The notes: generated from the letters alone by a model not told the origin. Positions 38,166 to 52,249 are shown, counted from the stretch's first letter. The stretch: 64,000 nt of DNA from Gracilinanus agilis (GCF_016433145.1 NC_058132.1:249324074-249388073), one strand, 5' to 3'. Made by a program: numbers and translations.

Positions 38166-40275
38166 GGACTACAGAACCTATTTTGACCTTATCTTGGTAT
38201 ATAATGAGATATTAGTCTATACCTAGTTTCTACTAAACTGCTTTCCAGTTTTCCCAGCAATTTTCATTAGATAGTGAGTACTTGTCCCAAAGTTTGGATC
38301 TTTGTTTTAATCAAATATTAGATTACTTTGGTTATTAACAACTCAGTATTGTTTATCTAATATTTTTCATTAGTCCACCACTCTGTTTCTTAGCCTGTAC
38401 CAATGTTTTGATGATGACTGCTTTATAGTAGTACAATTTGAGATCTGGTACTGCTAGACCACCATCCTCAACATTTTTAAAAAATTAATTCCCTCGGCAG
38501 TCTTCATCTTTTGTTCTTCCAGATTAATGTTATTATTTTTTCTAGTTCTAGAAAATAATTTTTTTTGGTGTTCTCAGTGATATGCCACTAAGTAGGTAGA
38601 TTATTTTAGTATAATTGTCATTTTTATTATGTTGGATCAGTCTATCCATGATCAATTAATGTTTTTCCAATTGTTTAGATCTGATTTTATGTGTGAGGTG
38701 TTTTGTAACTGCGCTTGAAAAGTTCCTAGGTTTGTCTTGTCAGATAGACTCCCAGGTATTTTATATTGTCCACAGATATTTTGCACAGGATTTCTTTTCC
38801 TTTCTATCTTTTGCTGCTGGACTTTGTTGACAATATATAGAAGCGTTATGACTATCAGTTTATTTTACATCCTGCAACTTTGCCAAAGTTCTTTCCACTA
38901 GTTTTTAAGTTGATTCTCTAAGTACACTGCTTACCATTTACAAAGTGGTTGTTTGATTTCCTCATTGTCTATTCTAAATCCTTTAATTTTGTTATTACTC
39001 TAGCTAGAATTCCTAGTACACTATTGAATAATAGTGGTGATAGGCATCCTTACTTGCTAGAAAAGCTTCTAGCTCATACCAATTACAGATAAGCCTTGTT
39101 GTTAGTTTTAGACAGATACTGTTTATTGTTTTGATGAGAGTTTTGTTTATTCCTATGCTTTCCAGCATTTTAATAGGAACATCAAAAGTTTTTTTGAGCC
39201 AACTGATAGAATTATATTATTTTTGTTGCTTTTATTATTGATATGTAGATTGTTTTCCTAATATTAAACCATCTTTGCATTCCTGGCCTAAATTTCACCT
39301 GGTTCATAGTGTGTGACCTTTGTGAAATATTACTGCAATCTCCTTGCCAGTACTTTACTTTAAAATTTTGTATCAATATTCATTAGGGAAATTTATCTAT
39401 AGTTTTCTTTCTCTGTTTTTGCTCTTCCTGGTTTATGTATTGGCATCATATTGTGACATAAAAAGAATTTGGTAGGACTCTTTCTTTATCTATTTTTCCA
39501 AACAGTTTTTATAATATTAGAATTAATTCTTCTCTAAGTGTTCAGGAGAATTCACTTTTTAACCCAGCTGGCCCTGGAGATTTTTTTTTTCAGGGAGCTC
39601 ACTGATGACTTGTTCAATTTCTTTTTCTAAAATAGTATGATTTAAATATTCAATTTTCTCTTCTGTTAATCTTGACAATTTATAGTTTTGTAAATATTCA
39701 TCTATTGCCCTTAGATTGTCAGATTTATTGGAATATAATTGATCAAGATAGCTCCAAATAATTGCTTTAAAATTTTCTTCTTCATTGGTAGTGATTTCAC
39801 CCTTTTCATTTGATATTGTTAATCTGGTTTTCCTCTTTCTTTTTTAAAAATCAAATTAATCAATGGTTTATCTATTTTATTGTATTTTTTCCTCTAGAAA
39901 ACCAACTCCTTGTTTTATTTATTAGTCTAATGCTTTTCTTGTTTTCTATTTTATTACTCTCTCCTTTAATTTTCAAGATTTCCAATTTGATGTTTACCTG
40001 TAGTGTTTAAATTTGTTCTTTTTCTGGTTTTTATTTTAGTTGTATGAACAATTCATCAGTCTATTCTTTTGTTGTTTATTGATGTAAGCAGTTAGGGATA
40101 TAGATTTTCCCCTAAGTACTGGTTTGGTAGAATTCCATAAATTTTGTATGTTGGCTTATTGTTGTCATTCTGTTTCATGAAATTATTGATTGTTTTTCTG
40201 ATTTGTTCTTTGATCCACACATTCTTTAGGATTAGACTATTTAGTTTCCCATTAATTTTTAATCTATTCCATTGC

Positions 40276-40418
40276 TTTTTTTTTTTAACCCTTGTACTTC
40301 GGTGTATTGTCTCATAGGTGGAAGATTGGTAAGGGTGGGCAATGGGGGCCAAGTGACCTGCCCAGGGTCACACAGCTGGGAAGTGGCTGAGGCCGGGTTT
40401 GAACCTAGGACCTCCTGA
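40276..40418 (-). mobile_element. 5'-truncated SINE1_Mdo nested in the L1
   Basis: Tail tacaccgaagtacaagggtt; TSD ttccattgcttttt on both sides. Confidence 0.9.
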
Positions 40419-43400
40419 GTTCCATTGCTTTTTATAGGAAGTAGTTTCTATGGCATTATGTTCTAAAAAGGATGCATCAAATATTTGTTATTTTCTTAAT
40501 TTCATTTTGATGTTTTTATGCCCTAAAAATGATTGATTTTTGTGTAGGTGACATATACCACTGAGAAAAAGGCATATTCCTTTTCGTTTTCTCCAGATGT
40601 CTATCATATCTAACTTTTCTAAAATTCTATTCATTTCCTTAACTTCTTTCTTGTTTATTTTTTGGTTATATTTATCTAATTCTGAAAGGGGCAAGTTGAG
40701 GTCCCTCACTAGCATGGTTTTACTCTTTATTTCCTTCTGTAACTCAATTAACTTTTCCTTTAAGAATTTGGATGCTAAAGCATCTGGTGTATATAAGTTT
40801 AGGATTGATGTTGGTCATGACTTTTAGATAGTCCAATAATTCTTAAATTGCCTCTCCAGGATCTGTTTTCCAGATCAGTTGTTTTTTCAGTGAGATATTT
40901 CATATTTTCTTCTATTTTTTTCATTCTTTTAATTGTTTTATTATTTTTTGAATTTGCAGTCTTCAGCATTGGTATTATTTTACTGCCTATGCATATAGTT
41001 TCTCTGCTTATGCCTTTAAATTAGACTTATTTTTGATTTTATTTTTTTGAGACCATGATTGCTAATATTGTTCAGTTGTTTTACAATTGTGTATGACACT
41101 TTGTAACCCCATTTGGGGTTTTCTTGGCAAAGATACTAGGGTGATTTGCCATTTCCTTTGCCAACTCATTTTACAGATGAAGAAGCTGTAAAGGACTTGT
41201 CAAATGTCACATAGGTAGGAAGTATCTAAAGCCAGATTTGAACCCAGCAATATGAAACATCCTGACTCCAGTACTGGTGCTCCATTCACTGTACCACCTA
41301 GCTTCCCATGCAACTAGAATGATTGCTATTTTTGTCTTTTTTAAAAAATAAGCTGAAGTTTAATAGATTCTATACCAACCCCTTAATTTTACTTTGTGTG
41401 TCTCTCTGATTCAAGTATGTTTCTTGAAAACAAAATATTGTAGAATTCTAGTTTCTAGTCTACTATATTATTTTTATTCCATTTTATGAGTGAGTTCATC
41501 TCTTTCACATTCATAGTTATGATTAACAATTAATTATTTCCCTCCATCCTATTTACCTCATTTATTTTTCTCCCTCTCCTTTTGCCCTATCCTTCCTCAC
41601 ATTTTTTTTAATTCTGACCAATTCTTTCCTCAATCTCCCCTCCCTTCTCTAATCCCACCTCTTCTGCAATTTCCTTCCCCTCCTACTTCCCTATAGGGAA
41701 GACAGAATTTCTATAACCATCCAAGTGTGTATATTATTCCCTCTGAGCCAATTCCAATGAGAGTATGGTTCAAGCATTACCTGCCATTGTAAAAGCTCTT
41801 CCTTTTATATGTCTTTTATGTGAGATAATTTACTTCATTCCACCTTTGCCTCCCCACTCCTCTTAGTATATGCCTCTTTCTCACCTCTTAATTTTATTTA
41901 ATCTTTAAAAAAAACCCTACCTTCCACTTTAGAATCAATACTGTAAATGGATTTCAAGGCAGAAGAGTGGTAAAGACTAGGCAATGGAAGTTAAGTGACT
42001 TGTGATTTGTCTAGGGTCACATAACCAGAAAGTATTTGAGGCCAGATTTGAATCCAGGACCTCTCATCTCTAGGCCTAGCACTCAATTCACTGAGCCACC
42101 TAGTTGCACTGAATTTTATTTTTTTTTAAATCACCCCATCATAGTTAACTTATAACTGGTGTCCTCTATCTATATATACTCCTTCTAACTCTCCTACTGA
42201 TGATAAAGTTCTTAGGAATTATAAGTATCATCTTCTCCTGTAAGAATATAAACAGTTTAATCTTATTGAATCCTTTATGATTTCTCTTTTGTGTTTATCT
42301 TTTTATGGTTTTCTTGAGTTTCGTATTTGAAAGTCAAATTTTCTATTTAGCTCTGGTCTTTTCATCAGGAATGCTTAAAAGTCTTCTATTTCACTGAATA
42401 TTCATTTTTCCCCCAGAAGAATTATACTTGGTTTTGCTGGATACATTATTCTTAGATGTAATTCTAGTTCCTTTGCCCTCTATAGTACCATATTTCAAGA
42501 TCTCTGATCCTTTAATGTAGAAGCTGCTAAATTTTGTGTTATCCTGATTGGGGCTCCATAATATATGGATTGCTTATTTTTGGCTTCTTGCAATATTCCT
42601 CCTTTACCTGGGAGCTCTGAAATTTGATATTCATTGGAAATTTTATTTGGTCTTTTTTTTTCAAAAAGGGATTGATATATACTTTCCATTTCTATTTTGC
42701 TCTCTGGATCTAGGATATCAGAGCAATTTTCTTTGATAATTTTTTGAAATATGATGAACAGGCTCTTTTTTTGAACATGGCTTTCAGACAGTCCATTAAT
42801 TCTTAAATCTTCTCTTCTTGACCCTAAATCAGTTGTTATTCTGATGTGATATTCACATTTTCTTCCATTTTTTTTATTCTTTCAACTTTGTTTTAGTACT
42901 TTTTTTATGTCTTATGGAGTCATTAGCTTCAACTTCCACAATTCTAATTTTTTAGAAATTATTTTCTTCAGTAAGCTTTTGACCTCTTCTTCTATTAGAC
43001 CAATTTTAATTTTTAAGGAGTTCTTCTCTTCAATGGATTTAATACCTTTTTAATTTTTTTTATAATTTGGCCAGCTCTGTTTTTTAAAGTGTTTGCTTCA
43101 ACATTTTTGTGCCCCCCTTACCAAAATATTTTTTCATAATTTTCTTGTATCACTCTCATTTCTTTCCCCAATTTTTTCTCTGCCTCTCTTATTTTATTTT
43201 TAAAATCTTTTTTGAGATCTTCCAGGAATGTGGGAGGTAGAGGCAGGCATGTGACTGATTCACACATTTTGTTGAATCTGTACATATCACTGTTTTTATT
43301 TCATTTTCTTCTGGGCTTGTATTTTGATCTTCCCTGCCACCAGTAACTTTACATGCTTATGTTCTTTATTTTTACTATTGTTTGCTCATTTTTCCAGCTT

Positions 43401-46400
43401 ATTTCTTGACATGATGATGATGTTGAATTTAGGCTCTATTATTGGGATGTGGGGAGCACCCTCAAAAGCCAAAATTTTTTGCTGCTGTTTTCAGAACTCT
43501 GAGAGACTGTAGGTTTTCAGTTCTTCCAAGGTAGTAAGATCCAAGAAGAGGTAGGGTCATTGCTCTCCTGGTCTTTGATCTGGTCTGTGGGCTACCATAA
43601 GCACTCATCCATTTTGGAACTATTATCAGTGCCCCTGCACCCCCTACTCCTAAACACTAGTGACCTAGTATTTCTCTTAGCTCTGGAATTGGATCCTAGA
43701 ACTGCATATGGGTAATATGACAGAATCCTGCAACTAGTGTCAGGAAAGGGTCTCCTATTATGTCCTTCGGACTAGTTGTCTGACCTCCTTATTGTCTATG
43801 GGATGAGAATTCCTGAAGCTTCTGCTGCTGTAGCTAAACTGCCTTTAAGGCCCGCTGCTGGTGTCTGCTGCTGGGCTACATTGAGTGTTGTGCACTGGGT
43901 TCCAGGTCCAACTACCATACCACTGAGATAGATCTTTTCTACTGATCTCCTAAACTGGCATGAGCAGGAAAATTGTTTCACCTCAAACTTTTGTTGGCTT
44001 TTAGTATAGAATTCAATTTAAGTCATTATTTTTAGTTGTTTAGAGGGGAATTTGAGAAATTTGGAGAATCTCTGCTTTTATTCCACATCTTGGCTTAACC
44101 TTAGCAGCATTCCTTATTTTTATTGATAGATACCAAATTAATTTTTTGACCATATTATATTTATCCATGTAAGAAGAATAACATAGAAAAAAGAAAATGG
44201 GACTAAAACTTTTATATAGGGTTTATTCCAGCAAATAATGAGAGTCAAGTTTGGGATAATACAACTTGTATGACTTTGACCAAATCACTTACCCTCCCTG
44301 TAACTCTGATTCCTCTATGCCAAATCAAGTGGTTGGAGTAAATAGTCTCTCAGATGCATTCCATCTTTAACTTTTTGACCCTATGAAAAAATCCTGTAGG
44401 GTGCACTAAACAAAGTTTGAAAATTAGACCTCCACCTAAATGTCCAAAATATGGGAATGGTTAGCTAGTATATTCAAGTAATGGTACCCAGATGCAATTA
44501 AAATGAACAAATATAAATAATGCAAAGAAATCTATTTATCTCACAATCTACTATCTTGACTCCTACAAGCTTCCCTATCCAGTCTGCTTACTCCATCAAT
44601 TTAATTGCAAATATTCCCACCTGCATTCTTAACTTGGCCTATTTCTGTCCAACCTTCAGATAAGGTATCAAATTGTGAATCCTAATTCCTTAATCATCTC
44701 TTACCTTTCAGATAGGAGGAACTAAAAACCGGTCTCAAAAGTAATTATCCTAAGAAGAAAGCTAAATACCAATGTAGTGTACTTTATACAAATGACTGAC
44801 TCATGTAAGTACTGATTAGTAGTAGCCTTTTCTTTTGAAATAGCCTTTCATATAGTTCAAAAGAAACGTGGAAAATTTTAGGGAAGATTTTACATGTAAG
44901 TGCAAGATATCAGTTCATCAATTTTACTTTTTGTGCCACTTAATCATAACCAAGCTCACAAAAGAAAAGAAATTCTTTCTTTTCTCTAAAATCATTTCTG
45001 AACGTGAAAGTTAATGGAGAATCTGCCCTTCTCTCTCTACAGGGCTCTGCTAAGATAAATAGGTGCTGAATGGTTCCAGTTGTTTATATAGTATTCTAAA
45101 AGGGAAATTTTCTTCCTACTCATTCTGACAAATGGCAATAGGTAAGCATCCCAGATTTTGTGAAAACAAGACATGGTAAAGGAAAGATTTCAACGTGACA
45201 GAAAGGCCTGGGTCCCAAATTGTCTTTCTGCTTTTCTCTAGTGAATTCTATTTTAATGGCCATTCCTATGCAATCCTAATGAAGTCTACTACCAGGAGGG
45301 AGACATCTGATGACAAAATCCAAAATAAAGACATCATGATGTCCTCAAGTTTCAGTTTATAATTGTTGGAAAGAGTAGGAACAGGGCAGGGGTGGCTGAG
45401 AGTACCCAAAGCTCAGATAAGCTCAAATCACATTAAAGTCTGCATTTACCTATAGAATCCCTTACTTCAGACTACAAACGTCCTGAACCACCAGTTTGTT
45501 CCTCTTTGTGTAGTCAAGTTTCTTCCTTTCTGTTTGTATTGACTACAGGAAAAACTTCAGAAAAATGAAATGGAATGAGGAAAATTTTATTTTTAAATTG
45601 TCCTTCACCATGGACTAGGATGATATAAAAAGAAAATATCTAACATAAATGATACTACTAAAAGCAACGTACTTAAGACCCTTAGACACACAATTAGTTG
45701 GGGATGATTTGACATAATGTAGGAACCAGAGAGATAAACTCAATGTGATTTTGATATATGACAGTTATAATACAGGCTAAGGGTTAACTCATTTATTCTC
45801 TAGTCCTCCAAGAGGACAGCAAGGAGAACATTCATTTCAGGTTTGTAAGCAAGTCTGACAAAGTTAGGTAAAGTTGCTCTGTACCTTAATAAGTGCATCA
45901 ACACACTCAGGACTATTGTGAGGATCAAGTCAGTGTATGAAAAGCATTTTACAAACCTTGGAGTGTTACAGAATTATTACTAATATTATCACTACAACTC
46001 CATACCAAAGTGGTTTCCTAACATAATTATATTATACCTGAAATTTCCAAGTGTGGTTTTGGATGACTGTTTTCAACAGTAGGTTTTTAAAAAGAAGATG
46101 ATTACCAGAAAGGATAGAGCCCTGAATCAAGAAAGCCCAGGTTCTTGTCCCCAATCCTGTCTTCAAGTGGGTATTTGCTTCAAATATGGCTATATCTCAT
46201 TCTTCAAATCTGCTGCTGAACCCAGATATAAAGGCTTCCTAAAAATCCAGTATGGAGCTAATGATGGTTCTTGAATGGCTCTCTTTGCTTTCTGTTCAAG
46301 TCTGTTCTAGTTCATATAAAGTCTGCATTCAGTATATCTAGTCTCCGGTTGCTAAGAGTTTTTTTTCCCCTTTCTCCTTGGCATGCCACTCTCCTAAGTA

Positions 46401-46845
46401 TCCAGTGTCTAAAGTATGGAATTTCTTTTAGCTTTTATTCAAAATTCTTTGCAGAATAGTATTTGGTAAAAATCAATCAAAATTATAATAGATCAATTCT
46501 ACTTAAAATGCTACCTTCCCCAGAAAATCTACATTTTATCTAGGAACAGTGTGTTTTAAGTCAAAGAAAAAATTAGTGACTAAATTTCAGGTATCAAGTG
46601 AAGGTGGGATTTTGGAGGAAAGAAATGGCCATATCTTCTACTACATTCATTTCCTCATAGGCCAGTTGGGAGCTTCCCCTACAATCAAGTTTTTGGATCT
46701 GGAGTCAGAATTCTCTCAAGGACATTTCATGGATTAAAAGGGAGGGCTGGCCCACCTGGGTCTTTAATGCCCAGTATATGGGTTACAACTTTCCGTATGG
46801 CCTTGAAATGTACCACCTACATTTTCGGAATAAAAGGACAAAGTC

Positions 46846-47042
46846 GGGGGCAGCTGAGTAGCTCAGTGGATTGAGAGTCAGTCCTAGAGGCGGGAGGTCC
46901 TAGGTTCAGATCCGGCCTCAGACACTTCCCAGCTGTGTGACCCTGGGCAAGTCACTTTACCCCCATTGCCCACCCTTACCACTCTTCCACCTAGGAACCA
47001 ATACACAGAAGTTAAGGGTTTAAAAAAACTATAAAAAAATAA
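46846..47042 (+). mobile_element. Full-length young SINE1_Mdo-type SINE
   Basis: Perfect 17-bp TSD AATAAAAGGACAAAGTC (46829-46845, 47043-47059); retained CpGs; A-rich tail. Confidence 0.95.
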
Positions 47043-47214
47043 AATAAAAGGACAAAGTCACTCTGGACACACTTAGAAGAGATTCTCAGCAAATAAAACA
47101 AAGTATCTCTTGTAATACATGGATAGGGAAAAGTACTTTTTTCCTCTTTAGTGGAAAATTCAGATAATGTCCTAAAGGTAGCTAGTTTTCAATATATATA
47201 AATGCAAAACTTTT

Positions 47215-47830
47215 GCATTTTTTCTTTTTAAAATTTTTCTAATAATTATTTGATTCCCCCCCAATTCCAAGAAAAAAAAACAATTAAATTTTTTTTTAAA
47301 TTTTGAGCTCCAGATTTTACCTCCATTCCACCTCTTACCTTCCCCTCCCTCCTCTCTCCCTTCCCTGAGATGTTACACACAATCTGATATAGATTCTACA
47401 TGTGCAGTCATGTAAAACATTTTCCCATATTAGCGATTTTGTGGAAGAGATCTTAAACCAAAAAAATGAAAAAAGATAAAATATAATATGTTTTGTCTGC
47501 ATTCAGACTCCATCAGTTCTTTCTCCAGGGATGGATAATATTTTTCATTATGGGGCTTTAGGATTGTGTATTGCTGAGAATATGTAAGTCATTTAGAGTT
47601 ATTCATCATACAATATTGCTGTTACTGTGTACAGTGTTCTGATTCTGTTTAATTTGCATCCATTCATATAAGTCTTTTCAGATTTTTCTTGTCATTTCTT
47701 ATAGCACATTAGAATTCCATCATAATTATATACCACATAACCATGGAAAATCTTTCTAAAATAATAAAATATTTTAAAAATTATATACCACAACTTGTTC
47801 AACCATTCCAACTGACAGATATCCCTTCAA
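47215..47830 (-). mobile_element. Old L1 3'UTR fragment
   Basis: catgtaaaacattttcccatattag...ctgcattcagactccatcagttc; homologous to 37150-37500. Confidence 0.75.
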
Positions 47831-50663
47831 TTTAAAGTTCTTTGCTAGAAAAGTTTCTTTTAAGAATACAATTTGTGTACTTTTTAAAAACTGTCATAAT
47901 ATGCTACAAAGTCATTGCATATTAATTGTTTTTGTAAAGACTCTCAGTAACCAATGGTCATATGATTATGATTTGTATACATACATATAAAGAAATATCA
48001 TAATAAAGGTATATGTCATAATATGTACCTATATGTCTATCTATCACTGTGAGCTCAATTTTTTTTCCTGAAATTATTCAGATTGGTGATAAAGGACACA
48101 TTTTTAAAGTTATCAAAATTATTTCTTGCTTAAAGTCATTTTCATTTAGACAAACTTAATTCCTCTTAAATAAAAAAAAACCTCTAAACACTTGCTAATG
48201 AGAACAGCTATGAAAAAGCAACTCATTTCTTTTTTTTCCCTTCAAGTTTTTTTAAAAAAACAAAGCAGCAAGCCTAGGGATTCCTGGGTGTTACTTCATC
48301 AAGGTCATTCATTCAAAATCAAACTAATGCAAGATCAGATTTACTCAAAACACTCCACAACTCAATCAACCTTTGAAGTTGCAATATTGCTGTAGGTAAG
48401 TAGAGTTTCAAAGAAACTAATCCTTTTCTACAAAGTCAAAGAATTTCTGTGGATCCTCTAAGGAGTGATGGGTATTCAGCTTATCCATTTAGAGATAGTG
48501 AATATGGAAGCAGATCCAAGATATATCATGCTGGGAACACTGTTTTGGAACACTGGAAACAACCAAGCTAAAGAGAATATTTATAGTTTTAAGGACAACT
48601 TTAAAACTAAAGAAATGTCTTTTTGAATTTCTGATAATTTGATGGAGAGAAATCACCAATGATATTGATGTCTTCATCAACTCTTGCTGGAGGATCACAG
48701 AAGCCTTCTAAGTGGATGTACTAAATCCATTTTCTTCCCATTCCAATCTATTAGTTCTCCACATGGCTGCCATACTTGTATTTCTAGAAAATGACTAGTT
48801 TTGATTATGTCCCTTCCCACTTCCTCACTTTACTGAAAAATCTTCAGTGGCCCCCTATCATTTCTGGTATTTAAAGCCCTTCTTGATATGGCTCCTAGCT
48901 TTACTTTTCCAGTTTTATTTCATATTATTGCCCTTCACCCATTCTCCAGCCCCAATGACCTACTAGCTGTTAAGTGACACTCTATCTCTCACCTCTGTGC
49001 TTTTACAAATAGAGCTCCCAATTCTTCTCCTCCTTATCACTCCCTCCTTATCACCAGCTCTTAGAATTCCTCCCTTCCCTCAAATTACACTTTAAGTTCC
49101 ACTTCCTACAGGATGCCACTGCTGATCCTTCAAGTTCTAAGTACTCTGTCCTTCTTGAAATTATTTTGTTATCATTTTGTACATACCTGATATTTATTTC
49201 TCTGTGTCTACACTGAACCTCTACAGTGGAATGTAAGTTCTTTGAAGGCAAAGATTGTCTTTGCTTTTGGTCCTTGCATTTCTAACTCTCAGCCTCATTT
49301 TCTGGATTAAATTAAATTGCTTGAAGAGGGAGGCAGCTAAGTGGTTCAGCTCATAGATAGCTGTGTCTGGAGACAGGAGGTCCTAAGTTTTGACTTTTGA
49401 CATGGTCTCATCTACGCTTCAGAAAAATCACCTTAGGGTTTGGTTGAGTGGGAGGTGGAAAGGAATGGAGAGAGATTTGTAGTACGCAGACCCACCAGGA
49501 GACTGCAATAGACTAGAAGTGATACAATGAGGGCCTCCGGTACCAGTAAGTGGCTATGTATAAGGGGGGATGTATAGGGGAGACAATGAAGATAGAAACA
49601 ATAATGGATTGTCTGTGTGAATGAGAGAGTCAAATATGATGGCTTAGTTGCAAGATTTGGTGACTGGCAGGATGGTGGTGCCCTCATCAGTATTAAGGAA
49701 ATTGGGAAGAGGAAAGGTTTCTGGGGGAAATAAAATGAGCTCTCTTTTGGCTATGTTAAGTTTGAGATTATGGGATATTCAAATCAAGATGTCTAAAAGA
49801 CAACTGGTAATGTGAGACTAGAGCTCAAGAGAGACTAGGGTTAGATTTATAGATCTGGGAATCATCTCCTTAGAACTAAAAACACAATACATAGTTGCTG
49901 ATGAGATCACCAAACCAGAAAGCATAGACTAGGGAGAAGGGAAGAGGTGCCAGGATAGAGCCTTGGAAAATGAAGAACAATCAAAGGAGAGAAAAGAACA
50001 GTCAGACCACAAGGAAGAGAGCCAGGAAAAAGCAGTGTCCCAAAAACTAAGAGAAGATGGCTCCATTGCCAAATATGCAAAAAGGTCAAGAAGGAGCAGA
50101 ACTGAGAAAAGTTCTCTAGATTTCATTGGTAACTTTCAAGAATGCAGTTTCAGTTGATGAGGTTAGAAGCCAGACTGTGGCAGATTTGGAAGAATGAGGT
50201 GGAAGTAGCAAATGTAGATGATTTTCTCAAAAAGTTTAGCCAAGAAGGGAATGAGAAATATAGGAAGTTGTCTATCCAGGGTTAAGATTAGGGAAGGCAG
50301 AGGAGTACTTTTGAGCAAAATAGAAAGGACCAATAGACAGTGAGACTCTGAAGATCAAAGAATGAATTTGGATGAAATTCATTCTGCTAGAGAAGTTGGG
50401 AGGGGGTGAAGTCAAAGGTGCACATAGAGGATTTGGCTTTGTCAAGGAGAAGGGACTCCTATTCATCCAAATCTAGATTAAAGAAGGAGTCAGTGGAGGA
50501 AGATGTCTGAACAGTGTGAGATGAGGGAAAGAGAAGGGGAAATCTCAGCAAATAATCACATTTTTGGGGGGTCTTGCTTGTGGCAAAGTTCTCAGTTTAG
50601 ACAGTAAGAGAAGATGTGCAATGGGAACCTTTGGACAAATGAAAAGGACAGATGAGAAAGTAT

Positions 50664-51375
50664 TGTGAAAGAGAATTTAAACTTTTTGTTTATTTTAACT
50701 TAATCAATCAAGAACTTGGAGTCCCGTGCCTTTCACACTTACTTAGTGATTAACACTTAGTCCTAAGAGACCACAAGCACTGCCCCTTCTCTTGTCAGTG
50801 CTAGGAAAATTGGGAGACTATGATTGGTTCCTGAGATGTGACAGACCAGCCCACAGTTAAAGGAACTAGAAACCAGAGAGACCGGAAGTGACATGAAGAA
50901 AACTGCTTATAAAAGCCAGCCGAGGGCATTCTGAGTCATTTTGCTGCCTTGGTGGCTCTGGCTGAGGTAAGACTTTTGTCTTGGTGTCTCTGGGTTGGAG
51001 TCTGCTGCATTAGTGGCTCTTTTTTCTGCTGCATAGTTGTCTCTGCATTGGACTTCTTCTGTGTTGGTGGCTTGAGGAGTTCGGCTTCAGTGACTTGCTT
51101 GGGTTGAGGTGACCCTGGCTGGAGACACTGGCCTTTCAACTCTTCTCCTATCTTTGGTGGGACACTCTCTTCAGTGAGGCACTCAGATCTGGACTTAGTT
51201 AATTTTAGTTAGGCAATTGTTTTCTACCACCTTCCTACATTTCCCCCATTTACTATCTCTACCTACTGTAATAAAGCTACTAACAGCTTTTTGACTTAAG
51301 AGTTAATTTTTATAAATGGTGACCAAAACATTTTTTTTAATTCTCATGTTTGTCAAGCCCATTTTAATTATTACA
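50664..51375 (+). mobile_element. Solo ERV LTR (712 bp; 4-bp TSD suggests class I), antisense to MAP3K20
   Basis: TGTGAAA...TTATTACA flanked by GTAT at 50660-50663 and 51376-51379; TATA at about 50907-50914; AATAAA at about 51270. Confidence 0.88.
50881..50972 (+). promoter_or_regulatory. Candidate LTR core promoter: ETS site, TATA, AP-1 site, splice donor
   Basis: ACCGGAAGTG 50881-50890; TTATAAAA about 50907; TGAGTCA 50932-50938; GAG|GTAAGA with GT at 50967. Motif presence only. Confidence 0.45.
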
Positions 51376-52249
51376 GTATGAAACAGCCACTGTGAGGAGT
51401 GAGACAGCAAACTGATTGGGGAGGAATAGGACAGTTGCCTTGATGTAGCAAAGTCACAGCTGAGATTACAAAGCGTAATTAAAAACTATTTGATGACTTT
51501 CAGAAGGCCAGTGGCTGAGTACAGGCCAAGCTGAGTCATCATAGAGTTTCTCCAACAAACTCCTTGATGTTATCTCCCAGTTTTTCACCATTGGTCACAT
51601 TACTTTGGTCATATGTTTGCTACACAACAAGGAGCAGATGACTTCCTGTGGTCACAAAGGATTTTGGAAGTCTAAGGGCCAGTTTAAGAGGGGGGGAAAT
51701 TGTTGTTCAGATACAATTTAACAGGAAATACAAAGTCATTGGCTGAAGAAAATTAATAGTACAAGTCTATAATATTGTTGAATGGTAGTTGTTCCATCCC
51801 TCTCTCTATCCCAATATTCACTTCCCCTTTCATATTGGGCTTTGATTTCAAGTTTTGAGTTCCTCAAAAAATATTTCAGTTATATGTTGCAACTTACTTT
51901 TCTTCCATTGTTGCACAAGATAAATATTATAGCATATATATTTTGACTGGAACATACTCATCACTTTGCAACACATCATATCTCTGAGTGTTCAAATGCA
52001 TGTTAGATTTCCTGTTAACTCCAAGTGTGACACCAATAGAACCTTTCAGGAAAAACTGAAGCAATGGCTATATTAATATTCAACTTAATTTTTCTCCTCT
52101 CCACCCCGACTCCTGAATCCCTTAAAAGTCTCTCTTTGTTTCCTTGTATTTTAGTTTGCCTTTGCAGAGCAATTGAGTAAGAAGGACTTCATCTTGCAAC
52201 AGGATTTGTGGATTAAATATTTTTCTGAGTCAAATCAACCATCTCAAAA

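Larger units (their letters stand above)
37036..44095 (-). mobile_element. Near full-length decayed L1 (5'UTR-ORF1-ORF2-3'UTR), sense to MAP3K20, with nested insertions
   Basis: ORF track 40488-40715 (DLNLPLSELDK...EMNRILEKLDMIDIWR, endonuclease) and 42495-42689 (ILQEAKNKQ...GAPIRITQNLAASTLK, ORF1p); 3'UTR at about 37036-37500; many stops and frameshifts. Outer boundaries approximate. Confidence 0.85.
49430..51430 (-). mobile_element. L2 fragment (purine-rich strand shown), interrupted by a solo LTR
   Basis: tttggctatgttaagtttgagatt...tagagctcaagagagactaggg...gatctgggaatcatc is L2 sequence in reverse. Confidence 0.75.

Noticed and set aside
40092-42689. L1 ORF1/ORF2 as functional genes
   Set aside because: Fragmented by stops, frameshifts and nested SINEs.
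49963-50157. Charged E/K/S-rich ORF
   Set aside because: Purine-rich antisense strand of L2.
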